Source of the DNA: an uncultured Dehalococcoidia bacterium
GTDB lineage: Bacteria; Chloroflexota; Dehalococcoidia; Lucifugimonadales; UBA3495
Direction of reading: 5' to 3'
DNA: 64,000 nucleotides
Assembly: GCA_964343075.1 (NCBI GenBank)
Contig: CAYFGT010000001.1
Span: 1,323 to 65,322 of the forward strand
Positions 48,453 through 59,769 of the stretch are shown piece after piece; within the stretch, counting starts at the first letter, position 1, and each line of letters starts with the position of its first letter. A model generated the notes under the pieces. The model had not been told where the DNA came from. It worked only from the letters and a program-made list of their open reading frames with translations, and made no database searches. The position numbers and the translations under genes were made by a program.

Positions 48453-49181
48453 TTATTCAGCCTCCACATTACCAAAACGGCGTTGCCTGGTTTGGTATGA
48501 GAGTATCGCTTGATTTAGATCATTAACTGTAAAGTCTGGCCATAGTACGTCAGTGATGTAGTATTCTGCGTAAGCCGATTGCCAAAGGAGGAAATTACTA
48601 GTTCTAAATTCGCCTCCTGTCCGAATGATTAGGTCAGGATCAGGTATATTAAAGGTGTATAAACTACTTGTTATGGTGGTCTCATCGATTGTTTCTGGCG
48701 ATACTTTACTTTTAACTATTTTTTTAACAGCGTCTACCAGTTCTTTTCTTCCGCCGTAATTTATTGCGACGATAACTGTTAGTCCCGTGTTTGTTTTGGT
48801 AGTTTTTACTGCATGTTCGATGGAGATGCGAGTACTAGTATTTATTCCTTTTAAGTCCCCGATATGCACAATTCTAATATTGGATCGTATCAGCGTGTCC
48901 AGTTTGTTACTTAAAGTAGCTCTTAACAGGTCAAAAATCGAGCTAACTTCGGTTTTTGGCCTATTCCAATTTTCTGTGGAAAATGCGTACAATGTTACAA
49001 AGAGAACACCTAGACGTGCAAGGTGTTCTATAAGAGTCTCTATCGAATCCACACCATGCTTATGCCCATCTGTTCGCTCCATACCGTGTTTGTTAGCCCA
49101 TCTACCATTACCGTCCATGATGAAGCCTATGTGTTTAGGTATGTGAGAAGTCATTCTATTAAGTGGATGTTTGTCCGACAT
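48453..49181 (-). CDS. uppS: isoprenyl transferase (undecaprenyl diphosphate synthase)
   Basis: HIGFIMDGNGRWA, FSTENW.RP, IRTGGE.R.SNFLLWQ. Confidence 0.95.
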   Translation of the reverse strand: MSDKHPLNRMTSHIPKHIGFIMDGNGRWANKHGMERTDGHKHGVDSIETLIEHLARLGVLFVTLYAFSTENWNRPKTEVSSIFDLLRATLSNKLDTLIRSNIRIVHIGDLKGINTSTRISIEHAVKTTKTNTGLTVIVAINYGGRKELVDAVKKIVKSKVSPETIDETTITSSLYTFNIPDPDLIIRTGGEFRTSNFLLWQSAYAEYYITDVLWPDFTVNDLNQAILSYQTRQRRFGNVEAE

Positions 49182-49183
49182 CG

Positions 49184-51000
<1,817 letters not shown>

Positions 51001-51036
51001 TGATTTGACTCCTGTTGTTTATTGTTCTTTGGTAGT

Positions 51037-52005
51037 TTAGCTATTTGTGTCTTCGGATTCTGTTTCGGTATTTGAAATGTCAGCGGGTTCAGTCTCTGTA
51101 ACGATTACATTTTCAGGTGTTTCAGCAGTTTCTTCTACCGCCTGTTGTACTTCTTCCGAATCAACTGGAGCATTCGATGCTTCTGTTGAGTTTGGTACTA
51201 ATTCTTCTTGCATATTGGGGTTGAAGTCTTCTTCACTTATGGAGTCGGTGGCTTGGTTACTTTGTAATATATCCGTACCTGCAATCACAGCATCAGCCAT
51301 TTTAGCTGTAATCAATTTGATGGCTCGTACCGCATCATCGTTTCCAGGTACTATATGATGGACTTTGTTGGGATCGCAGTCGGTGTCAACTATAGCGAAT
51401 ATTTTGACTCCTAACTTTTGTGCTTCTGCTATACAGATATCTTCTTTTCCGATATCAACCACAAAAAGTGCATCGGGGATTTTCTCCATTGAACCAATTC
51501 CTTGGAAGTACTTTTCAAGTTTGGCGAGTTTTTCAGATAATTTTGTTCCTTCTTTTTTAGGGAGAAGCTCGAAATATCCTTGGTCACGTTTTTCTTGGAG
51601 GTCTAACATGTATCTTACTCTAGATCTTATGGTAGTGAAGTTGGTGAGCGTACCGCCTAGCCATCGTTGGTTCACGTACCACATTCCGCAACGTTCTGCC
51701 TCTACTTGGATTACTTCTTGGGCTTGTTTCTTCGTCCCTACGAACAGAACTTTCCCTCCGTTTGCGACAAGTTCTGTTAATTCTTGTGCGGCGTCGTTTA
51801 TCATACCTAGAGTTTGCTGCAAGTCTACAATATGAATCCCATTTCTCTGAGTGAATATGTACCTCTTCATTTGGGGGTTCCATCTCTTTGTTTGATGCCC
51901 GAAATGGACTCCTGCCTCTAGTAGGTTTTTCATTGAAATAGGAGCGTTGGGCTCCCGAGTCTCGCTTACATTTTCTTGTTTAGGTAGTTCTGACGACTGT
52001 ACCAT
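51037..52005 (-). CDS. rpsB: 30S ribosomal protein S2 with acidic C-terminal tail
   Basis: MKNLLEAGVHFGHQTKRWNP core, preceded by 24 extra residues. A tail of about 70 aa rich in Glu/Asp/Ser/Thr follows. Confidence 0.95.
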   Translation of the reverse strand: MVQSSELPKQENVSETREPNAPISMKNLLEAGVHFGHQTKRWNPQMKRYIFTQRNGIHIVDLQQTLGMINDAAQELTELVANGGKVLFVGTKKQAQEVIQVEAERCGMWYVNQRWLGGTLTNFTTIRSRVRYMLDLQEKRDQGYFELLPKKEGTKLSEKLAKLEKYFQGIGSMEKIPDALFVVDIGKEDICIAEAQKLGVKIFAIVDTDCDPNKVHHIVPGNDDAVRAIKLITAKMADAVIAGTDILQSNQATDSISEEDFNPNMQEELVPNSTEASNAPVDSEEVQQAVEETAETPENVIVTETEPADISNTETESEDTNS

Positions 52006-52078
52006 TTGACCTGCCTTAGTTTATTTTTAATATATATCAATAGCGTCTTGATATATGCATTAGATCCTTAACTCGGAG

Positions 52079-52107
52079 AGTATATCATATACGTATTTAA
52101 ATACCAA
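52079..52107 (-). promoter_or_regulatory. candidate promoter of rpsB-tsf
   Basis: On the minus strand: TTGGTA (52107-52102), 17-nt spacer, TATACT (52084-52079). Confidence 0.35.
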
Positions 52108-52130
52108 CTTGGCGTAGCTAGGATAGAGCA

Positions 52131-52586
52131 CTACATTAAGATAGCTCCAGCTATGAACAATACAAATCCAGCTATCAATCCAGCTCCAATGTCATCAGCT
52201 ATGATTCCTAAGCCTCCATGAAGTTTCTCAAGGAGATTAACGGGGGGCAGTTTTGTTATGTCTAATAGTCGAAATAATAGAAATGCTGCGCACAGCCACC
52301 AGATAGTGTTAGGCGCTAGTATACAAGTGATCCACATCCCGATAACTTCATCAATCACAATATGTTTAGGGTCAGAGGATTTGTCAGGGATTATGAAATT
52401 ACTCAATAAAATGCTTATTGCAGATAGAGATGTGACTGTCATAATTGAAAATGAGAGTGGCAAATGGCTTAAGAAAAAATGATAGGTTATTATCGCAAAC
52501 AAACTTCCCCATGTTCCAGACGCGAAAGGGATGAACCCTATACCCAGTACAGAGGTGTATGAATAGGAAAGTTTTTTTACTAACAT
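52131..52586 (-). CDS. pgpA: phosphatidylglycerophosphatase A
   Basis: GIGFIPFASGTWGSL, VIDEVIGMWI, and D..K.PP motifs. Confidence 0.85.
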   Translation of the reverse strand: MLVKKLSYSYTSVLGIGFIPFASGTWGSLFAIITYHFFLSHLPLSFSIMTVTSLSAISILLSNFIIPDKSSDPKHIVIDEVIGMWITCILAPNTIWWLCAAFLLFRLLDITKLPPVNLLEKLHGGLGIIADDIGAGLIAGFVLFIAGAILM

Positions 52587-53440
52587 TGGTGCATTATGTT
52601 TTCATTACGTAGTTTTTTCAAGTACATCACGCTTTGACTATCAGGACCAGATTTTGAATATCCAGGTACTTCGAGGATAAATGGAATATCTGTGTCCTTA
52701 AGTCGGTGCATCAAGTTTTGAAATCCAATATCTCCAATATGTCCGTCACCAAGATTTTCGTGCCTGTCCAATTTAGATCCTAAAGGCGTTTTTGAATCAT
52801 TAGCATGTATGAGATGGAGATTGTTTAATCCTATTTCGGACTCTATTAAAGAAATTATTTGGTCACATGTGTTGTAATCCCTAATATCATAACCGCATGC
52901 AAAGGCGTGCTGAGTGTCTAAGCAGATTCCAATACGTGAATCTCCGATATTTTTAATAATATCAATTATTTGGTCGAAATCCGAACATAACTGGGTTCCT
53001 GCACCTGCCATGTTTTCTATTGATATGAGAGTTCGTGGTGGTGTCTGATCAAGAACCTGCTTAAGGGCGTCTTGCAGTATACCTTGCCCTTTGATTTGAC
53101 CGATTCCTTTGTGATTGCCAGGGTGTAATACAACACTGACAGCACCTAAGTCATTCGAAATATTTAAGAAATCAACCATAGCGTTGATGCTTTTGCGTAA
53201 ATGGCTGTTATCTTCAGTCGCCAGATTTAACAGATATATTGCGTGTAGATATACGCTTTCGATTTTGGATTGTTTAATTTTATGTTTAAACTCTAGAGCA
53301 TCTTCTGGCTGTAGCTCTTTAGTTGCCCAACTATGAGGTGCGGATGGAAAGATTTGAATCGACTCACACTTCAATTCCATACCGCGATTGATTCCATTAG
53401 AATATCCACCACTAGCGGATACATGTGCTCCCATTAACAT
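52580..53440 (-). CDS. nfo: deoxyribonuclease IV (endonuclease IV, AP endonuclease family 2)
   Basis: MLMGAHVSASGG N-terminus, plus ..VLHPG.., ..IENMAG.., ..CLDTQHAF..GYD.., ..HANDSK...GS..DRHE..G.G.I. The start is set at 53440; the ORF-track extension to 53503 overlaps the divergent gene. Confidence 0.9.
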   Translation of the reverse strand: MLMGAHVSASGGYSNGINRGMELKCESIQIFPSAPHSWATKELQPEDALEFKHKIKQSKIESVYLHAIYLLNLATEDNSHLRKSINAMVDFLNISNDLGAVSVVLHPGNHKGIGQIKGQGILQDALKQVLDQTPPRTLISIENMAGAGTQLCSDFDQIIDIIKNIGDSRIGICLDTQHAFACGYDIRDYNTCDQIISLIESEIGLNNLHLIHANDSKTPLGSKLDRHENLGDGHIGDIGFQNLMHRLKDTDIPFILEVPGYSKSGPDSQSVMYLKKLRNENIMHQC

Positions 53441-53492
53441 AACGTTTGTCCGTATTGTTATACTTTTGAACATTATACATAAGGTTGGTTTC

Positions 53493-54530
53493 ATGAAAGC
53501 CATATTGTTTCATAAAGAATCAGGGATTTTGACTTTTGATGAAAGAGAAGTCCCTCAATTAGGTCGTAAAGATGTTTTGATCAAAGTGCATTATTGCGCT
53601 TTTTGTCACCATGATTTATCAGTGATGGATCAACTCCTAAATAGAGGAGTGAAAAAAGAGGTTATATTGGGTCATGAATTATCTGGAGTAATTCAAGAAA
53701 TTGGTCCAGAGGTTTCCCTCTATAGACCAGGAGATCGAGTTATATCATTTTTAACTAATTCGTGTGGTACATGTGATAGATGTTTGGGTGATAAGTCCTA
53801 TCGGTGCCGATATGGTCAAGGGATTGGTCACTCTTGTGATGGGGGATTCGCCGAATATGTTGCCGTGTCGGAACATTCTATATACAAGATTCACGACAAC
53901 ATAACTCTAAAGGATGCGTGTATGTTAGGGTGTCCTATTGGAATCATAGAAGAGGCATTTTTTAGGTATAGAGGTGAATTCGGCACGGCTGTAATCCTAG
54001 GTGCAACCGGAGGTATTGGCATCCACGGGGTACAGAAGTGTGCGGGTCTATTCGATAGAGTAATTGCGTTAACCTCAAAACCCACATCTGAGGAATTACT
54101 GTTACATTATGGTGCTAGTGATGTTGTGGTATATGATCCAACAGATTCTTTTAAATACAAAGAAATTGTTAATGCTCTTACGGATGACAAAGGTGCTGAT
54201 TTATTCCTAGATCCTGTAGGTTCATCGCTATTTAATGAGTCGTTGAATTGTGTATCGCAGTATGGATGTTTGATGATATTAGGAGACATTGCTGGAGAGC
54301 CAATTGGTATTCATATAGCAGATATGCTCTTTAAAGATTTAGATATAATATGTTCTACAGGTAGCAACCGGTTAAGTATTAGTATGGCGGAGCAGGATAT
54401 TATACTTAATAATATTAAACCAGTAATTTTTGATATTGTGGGTCTAGAAGACTTAGAAATAGTTCGGTCACAAATGCGTAATTCCGCCATAACCGGAAGG
54501 ATACTTATAAAAATCGCAGGTGAAGAATAG
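53493..54530 (+). CDS. zinc-type alcohol dehydrogenase / MDR-family oxidoreductase
   Basis: MKAILFHKE..., CAFCHHD, GHELSGVIQEIG, a structural-zinc Cys cluster CGTCDRCLGDKSYRC, and GATGGIG. The start is set at ATG 53493. Confidence 0.85.
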   Translation: MKAILFHKESGILTFDEREVPQLGRKDVLIKVHYCAFCHHDLSVMDQLLNRGVKKEVILGHELSGVIQEIGPEVSLYRPGDRVISFLTNSCGTCDRCLGDKSYRCRYGQGIGHSCDGGFAEYVAVSEHSIYKIHDNITLKDACMLGCPIGIIEEAFFRYRGEFGTAVILGATGGIGIHGVQKCAGLFDRVIALTSKPTSEELLLHYGASDVVVYDPTDSFKYKEIVNALTDDKGADLFLDPVGSSLFNESLNCVSQYGCLMILGDIAGEPIGIHIADMLFKDLDIICSTGSNRLSISMAEQDIILNNIKPVIFDIVGLEDLEIVRSQMRNSAITGRILIKIAGEE

Positions 54531-54544
54531 AAAGGAGAAAAATC

Positions 54545-54940
54545 ATGAATGAACAACCGGATGGAACTATCCCATACGTTATAAAAGGAGCTGCTGATGC
54601 AAGTTTAACGTCACAAACTCCAGGCATGATCAGAAGACCAGGAGTTACTAAGGAAAGTACTGGTTCTTCTAAGATTTGGCTTGGATTGGTAACTGCGGCG
54701 CCCAACGAAAAGGGCCCCCCGCATCATCATGGAGAGGCTGAAACGGCTGCATACATTCTAAGTGGTCATGTGAGGGTGTATTTTGGCGAGAATTTTGAAG
54801 AGTTTGTAGAGGCGGGGCCAGGAGATTTTTTGTTCGTTCCTGCGAACACCCCTCATATTGAGGCAAATCCATATGATGTGCCTCAAGAAGCAGTGTTAGC
54901 GAGGTCTCCAGATAATATTGTGGTTAATCTAATAGATTAG
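54545..54940 (+). CDS. cupin domain protein
   Basis: PHHHGEAETAAYILSGHVRV....GDFLFVPANTPH is the two-motif cupin signature. AAAGGAGAAA SD. Confidence 0.8.
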   Translation: MNEQPDGTIPYVIKGAADASLTSQTPGMIRRPGVTKESTGSSKIWLGLVTAAPNEKGPPHHHGEAETAAYILSGHVRVYFGENFEEFVEAGPGDFLFVPANTPHIEANPYDVPQEAVLARSPDNIVVNLID

Positions 54941-55866
54941 GCAAGTCTACGCTTACGTCTATTGTCCCAAAATATGAGGAATTGACTAGCAACGAAAATG
55001 GAGCTGTATGTTCCTACCGCTACGCCGATTGCAACGACGATTAGGAGTTCTCTTATGCTACTTCCTCCGATAAGAAGCATAGCTAAGATTACAACAATGG
55101 TAGTGAAACTAGTGTTGACAGAACGTCCAATGCTTTCACATATGCTAAGGTTGATGTTAGATGCTAATTGCGCATTTGGATATTTGAGACTATTTTCTCG
55201 AATGCGGTCAAAGACAACGATGGTGTCGTTAACACTATAACCAACAACCGTTAGAATTCCGATTATGAACATGGAGTTAACCTCTATGTTTAGGGTGCGT
55301 CCTAGGATAGAGAATATACCTAATACAATGATAAGGTCATGGACCAACGCCAATATGGCACTAAATCCAAATCTATGGGAGTGTGGAGCCTTTCTAAAGG
55401 CGTACCATATATAAGCTAATATAAATATACATGCCACTCCCAGTGCCAACATAGTGTTCCTGATAGTCTCTTTAGCGATTATAGGAGATACAGTGTCAAC
55501 GTCTACGCTAATCACGGGAGAGATGTTTTCAGATAATGCATACTCTAGTTGCTCTCTTTCGGATGTGCCGTTATCAAGATCTTGGGACAATACTTTTGTT
55601 CGGATTAAGTAATCTCTGTCATTGATTCGTTGAATTAACACTGAGGGATGTCCATTGTCTGACATAATTTCTGAAATACGTGATTCATTAGTCCTTTCCG
55701 CAAATCTGACAGATAGCACAGTGCCACTAGTAAAGTCTATTCCTGGTCGAAGCCCTGAATCGAACGTGGACCAACCAGGTGGAATTATTAATGATACCAA
55801 ACCAGGAGTGATCAATATTAATGAAATTATTAAATACCAGAACCTTTTTCCAACTATGTCAATCAT
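54937..55866 (-). CDS. secF: protein translocase subunit SecF
   Basis: GIDFTSGT, 6 TM helices, VVGYSVNDTIVVFDRIREN. Confidence 0.95.
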   Translation of the reverse strand: MIDIVGKRFWYLIISLILITPGLVSLIIPPGWSTFDSGLRPGIDFTSGTVLSVRFAERTNESRISEIMSDNGHPSVLIQRINDRDYLIRTKVLSQDLDNGTSEREQLEYALSENISPVISVDVDTVSPIIAKETIRNTMLALGVACIFILAYIWYAFRKAPHSHRFGFSAILALVHDLIIVLGIFSILGRTLNIEVNSMFIIGILTVVGYSVNDTIVVFDRIRENSLKYPNAQLASNINLSICESIGRSVNTSFTTIVVILAMLLIGGSSIRELLIVVAIGVAVGTYSSIFVASQFLIFWDNRRKRRLA

Positions 55867-55906
55867 TCTAAATTAATTACCTTTCGTTTTAATGAGCTAT
55901 TCTTAA

Positions 55907-57688
55907 TTATGAGTTCGTTTCACGTGTTTTTTCGGGAGTAAATAGGAATTTTTTACCTGATAAGCCTAGCGCAGCAAGAATTTGTAATAAATTGTGGCTT
56001 ACTATCACAGCGGTAAACATGCTTACAGCAACACCTATGAGTAAGCTAAGGGCGAATCCATTAATCAGCCCGCCCCCTAGTCTATTACCGAAGAAGAGCA
56101 ACACTCCACAAGTTATAAAGGTAGAGACATTACCATCTCTAATTGCTGGCCATGCTCTGCTAAAACCAACCTCAATAGCTGATGTGACCGTTCGCCCTAA
56201 TCGTATTTCTTCCTTCATGCGTTCAAATATTAATATGTTGGAGTCGACTGCTAATCCAATGGACAAAATAAGGCCACCTATGTGTGGAAGTGTTAAAGTG
56301 ATTGGTATGATTTTGAATAGTGCTAAAACTAACATTGTGTAAAATACTAGTGCTATAGCAGCTACAATTCCTCCAACTCTGTAGTATGCGATCATGAATA
56401 GTAGTACTAGGGATAGTCCTACAATGCCTGCTAACAGGCTCCTCTGAAGTGACTCTTCTCCTAATAGAGCGTCAACTGAACTTTCTTGTATCAGGTTGAG
56501 AGGAATCGGTAACCTACCTGAATCTAACTGAATTGCTATAGTTTGGGCTTCAATACGTGAGAAGTTTCCAGTGATTTCACTGCGGCCGTCACGTATCCAA
56601 GCTCTGGATATTGGGGCCAAAAGTTCTTCACCGTCTAATATTATGGCTATACGTTTACCATTATTACCAACTATCCTCTGAGTTAAATTGGAAAATATTT
56701 CAGAACCAGCATCATTAAATCGGATATTAATTCCCCATTCACCCGTCTGGCTGTTGGTAGATGCGTATGCTTCAGCTAAATCGTCGCCTGAGAGGCCGAT
56801 ATCTGAATCTGTGTATTCTACGCAAGTTAGATCAGTACAGGTACGCTCTTTAAATTCTAATAGGGCAGTTTTGCCGATTAGCTTTTTTGCTCCTTCAACC
56901 CCACCAATGGTTTGTATATATTCCAATTCTCCGTATTTATCTGTCAGCGCAGTTTCCAATCCTGTAACCATTTCTTGTGTCAGGGATACTGATTTGAGGA
57001 GGTAAGTGTTAGGCGCAGTTAACTCTAAAGAGGGGGTCGATCTTATAAACAGCGTTTTAATAAAAGATTCCAAAGGTTGTAGCTCAACTGGGTCGGTATT
57101 TTGGAAGCTGAAAGTTGTTCGGGATCCACCTATCCCGGGTAGTTGCACCAATATACGATCGTCTCCATATTGCTGGATAATTGGTTCGTCTGTTCCATAT
57201 AAATTTACTCTTCGTTGCACTGTGTCAACTGCTCCAGTCATTTGAGATGGGGTTGGTTTAGGGACATCTTTCATTTCTAATTCGATTTCGGTGTTGATCA
57301 GTAGCCCTTTGTCTTTTATATCCATGACTGATCTTTTTGTCTCTTGGTCGAGATTTTCAGTTTTAACGTAGAATTCAGTATTTTCTTCATTACTGATAAC
57401 TTCAATGATTTCGACTTTTGATTGTTCTATAAGTTTGGCTACAACTTCTGGTTTGACTTCAGTTCCTGTTTTGATATAGATGGTAGTACCATAGTCAGCT
57501 TGGTAAACCAGATGTGCTCCACCTTCCAGATCCAACCCGAGTTTAAGGCCTAATATATTCTCTGAACCTCTTTTTAAAGTCGGTAAGAATCGACCTTCAA
57601 TATTAATGTTTTGGAAACCTAGTATTAATGTTGCCAGAATTAGTAGTGTTAGCACTATGATGCTAACTCTGATTAAACGGGTTTTCAT
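55907..57688 (-). CDS. secD: protein translocase subunit SecD
   Basis: LGLDLEGGAHLVYQ, a large periplasmic domain, and LSIGLAVDSNILIFERMKEE. Confidence 0.95.
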   Translation of the reverse strand: MKTRLIRVSIIVLTLLILATLILGFQNINIEGRFLPTLKRGSENILGLKLGLDLEGGAHLVYQADYGTTIYIKTGTEVKPEVVAKLIEQSKVEIIEVISNEENTEFYVKTENLDQETKRSVMDIKDKGLLINTEIELEMKDVPKPTPSQMTGAVDTVQRRVNLYGTDEPIIQQYGDDRILVQLPGIGGSRTTFSFQNTDPVELQPLESFIKTLFIRSTPSLELTAPNTYLLKSVSLTQEMVTGLETALTDKYGELEYIQTIGGVEGAKKLIGKTALLEFKERTCTDLTCVEYTDSDIGLSGDDLAEAYASTNSQTGEWGINIRFNDAGSEIFSNLTQRIVGNNGKRIAIILDGEELLAPISRAWIRDGRSEITGNFSRIEAQTIAIQLDSGRLPIPLNLIQESSVDALLGEESLQRSLLAGIVGLSLVLLFMIAYYRVGGIVAAIALVFYTMLVLALFKIIPITLTLPHIGGLILSIGLAVDSNILIFERMKEEIRLGRTVTSAIEVGFSRAWPAIRDGNVSTFITCGVLLFFGNRLGGGLINGFALSLLIGVAVSMFTAVIVSHNLLQILAALGLSGKKFLFTPEKTRETNS

Positions 57689-57691
57689 TAT

Positions 57692-59161
57692 TTATTGCTG
57701 TCCTTGGATGGAATTTAGTATGTTGCGGGCACTATCTAAAGCTTCCTCGTAGGTAATAATTTCTCCCAGCGCTTGTTGCTCATGTATTTGCGCCAAAAGT
57801 TTACCTATCACTGGTCCTGGTTTTATGTTTAGTTCGGTCATTAAGTTATTTCCATCAATTATTTTAGGTGTTTTAGATACTTCCACCAATTGTTGAGTGT
57901 ATGTATCAATCACATGAGACATTATTTTAGCACGAGTTGCCCAATCTGAAATGCTTAATTGAGGGCCTTTGGCAGCTAAATAATCTGCCATATGCAGAAA
58001 TAATACGTCTATCCCTTCAGATTCAAGGTCATTGAAATATTTGTATATTGCTTTATCAGTTGGCTGTTCGACTCCTTGCTGCATGTGGTTAGGGCGCAGA
58101 TGATGAGTGATTAAAGTGGAAACATAGTTAACAGTGACTGTCTCTAATTTTAATTTTGTTAAGATATGTTTTGACATTTCGGCCCCGATAATTTCGTGAT
58201 CAGGAAATCTGGTTCTTCCAGATTCTTCAATAGTTTTTGTCATGGGTTTGGCTATGTCATGTAACAAGGCTGCAAGTTTAAGATGAGTTTTACGAGTATG
58301 TGTAGTGGATATACTTTGATCGAAGTGGTCTTCGATTTCTTTGGTCCACGGACTCATCGAGTATATAGGCGAATTTTGATGGCCTAAAGTTAAGCGTTCT
58401 GCATATTCCAGGCAGTGTAGATTGTGCTCCCATACATCCCAATAATGTTCTTTCGGCTGAGATACCTGTTTCCCGAGTAATAATTCTGGCATTATGATCT
58501 CGAGTAAATTTAATCGATCGAGAATTTCTATATGGGATTTGGAATTATTGTTGGATAAGATTTCTAGTAGTTCGAATGTGATTGCTTCTGCTGGACTCAT
58601 TCGTAGGAGGGAAGAATTTTGTCTGATGCAAATTCCGGTATCAGAATCTATTTTGAATTTTAATGAAGATGCTAATCGTACTGCTCTAAGAAGTCGTATC
58701 GGATTATCCTTGAATATTGATGGATTTATCATACGCACTGTTTTGGACAGGATGTCTAGGCGTCCATCAAAAGGATCAATTAGGTCCGCTTGTGAAAACT
58801 CTGGAGTATACTCTGATAAATTAAGAGCCATCGCATTGATCGTGAAATCTCGTTCAGATAGATTATCGATAATGCTTGCTTTGGTAAATTTTATGTCGAT
58901 TTCTCTTAAATGCGAATCGCATAGTGAGTCTTTTAACGTTAGTTTGGTTATGTTGTTTTTTCTATCATCGAAAACTGAACTTATGTCTGTATTTGTCAGT
59001 ATTGCTGGAAGTAATGATGCTCGAGTCCCTTGAATGAGGATGTCTAGGTCATTGGGGGCCCGATGTGCCAGGCTGTCTCTTAAGAAGCCACCTACTAAGT
59101 ATCCTTGGGTATCTGGAGGTAATGAATTATTAATTGTATTTATTAATGATGTAAGTCCCAT
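57692..59161 (-). CDS. cca: CCA-adding tRNA nucleotidyltransferase / poly(A) polymerase family protein with HD domain
   Basis: GGFLRDSL...DLDI head domain, RAVRLA, and LLHDIAKP HD motif. Confidence 0.85.
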   Translation of the reverse strand: MGLTSLINTINNSLPPDTQGYLVGGFLRDSLAHRAPNDLDILIQGTRASLLPAILTNTDISSVFDDRKNNITKLTLKDSLCDSHLREIDIKFTKASIIDNLSERDFTINAMALNLSEYTPEFSQADLIDPFDGRLDILSKTVRMINPSIFKDNPIRLLRAVRLASSLKFKIDSDTGICIRQNSSLLRMSPAEAITFELLEILSNNNSKSHIEILDRLNLLEIIMPELLLGKQVSQPKEHYWDVWEHNLHCLEYAERLTLGHQNSPIYSMSPWTKEIEDHFDQSISTTHTRKTHLKLAALLHDIAKPMTKTIEESGRTRFPDHEIIGAEMSKHILTKLKLETVTVNYVSTLITHHLRPNHMQQGVEQPTDKAIYKYFNDLESEGIDVLFLHMADYLAAKGPQLSISDWATRAKIMSHVIDTYTQQLVEVSKTPKIIDGNNLMTELNIKPGPVIGKLLAQIHEQQALGEIITYEEALDSARNILNSIQGQQ

Positions 59162-59175
59162 AAAATAATACAGGT

Positions 59176-59703
59176 TTACGATAGCTCTGAATCTTTGTTG
59201 ACTTGTACATATTCTGCGTTACCATCTGGGTCAAATTGTATTTTGTAAAATTCATCCTTGGATACTAATTTATCTATGTATACAATGCCGTTTAAATGGT
59301 CTGTTTCATGTTGCAAAGCTTGTGAAAATAAACCTTCAGCTTGAATGCGAATTGTCTTTCCGTCCAATCCCATAGCTTTAACCTTTACTTTTTCAGCCCG
59401 TAGTGCGACACCTCGGTATCCTGGTAGACTCAGGCATCCTTCTTCTAATTCGACTTCACCTTCTCTTTCAACTATTTCAGGATTTATGAGGACGATGGCT
59501 TCTTCCCAGTCAGGCAACTGGATCACGCATACTTTTTCTAGCGACCCGATCTGATTAGCTGCAAGACCTACGCCGTGTTCATGAATCATTGTTTCGATCA
59601 TGTCGTCTGTAAAATCTGAGAAGTTAGATGGAATTTTGGAAATTTTTCTTGCTTGTGTCCTCAATATTGGATCAGGCAAAAACCTCATTTGCAAGACGGT
59701 CAC
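59176..59703 (-). CDS. def: peptide deformylase
   Basis: GVGLAANQIG, EGCLSLPG, QHETDHLNG. Confidence 0.95.
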   Translation of the reverse strand: MTVLQMRFLPDPILRTQARKISKIPSNFSDFTDDMIETMIHEHGVGLAANQIGSLEKVCVIQLPDWEEAIVLINPEIVEREGEVELEEGCLSLPGYRGVALRAEKVKVKAMGLDGKTIRIQAEGLFSQALQHETDHLNGIVYIDKLVSKDEFYKIQFDPDGNAEYVQVNKDSELS

Positions 59704-59769
59704 TATGATGCTCCTTAGTATGTGATTGAATTGGAATTATATGGCGCTAGTTTTAGTGTGTAAAGGTTC

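Noticed and set aside
53388-53503. Long N-terminal extensions giving a 116-nt overlap between divergent nfo and the alcohol dehydrogenase gene. There is a similar extension for ribF (to 10625).
   Set aside because: The extensions have no homology. The conserved N-termini (MLMGAHVS.., MKAILFHKE.., MNFLGN..VITIGVFDG) begin at internal ATGs, which removes the overlaps.
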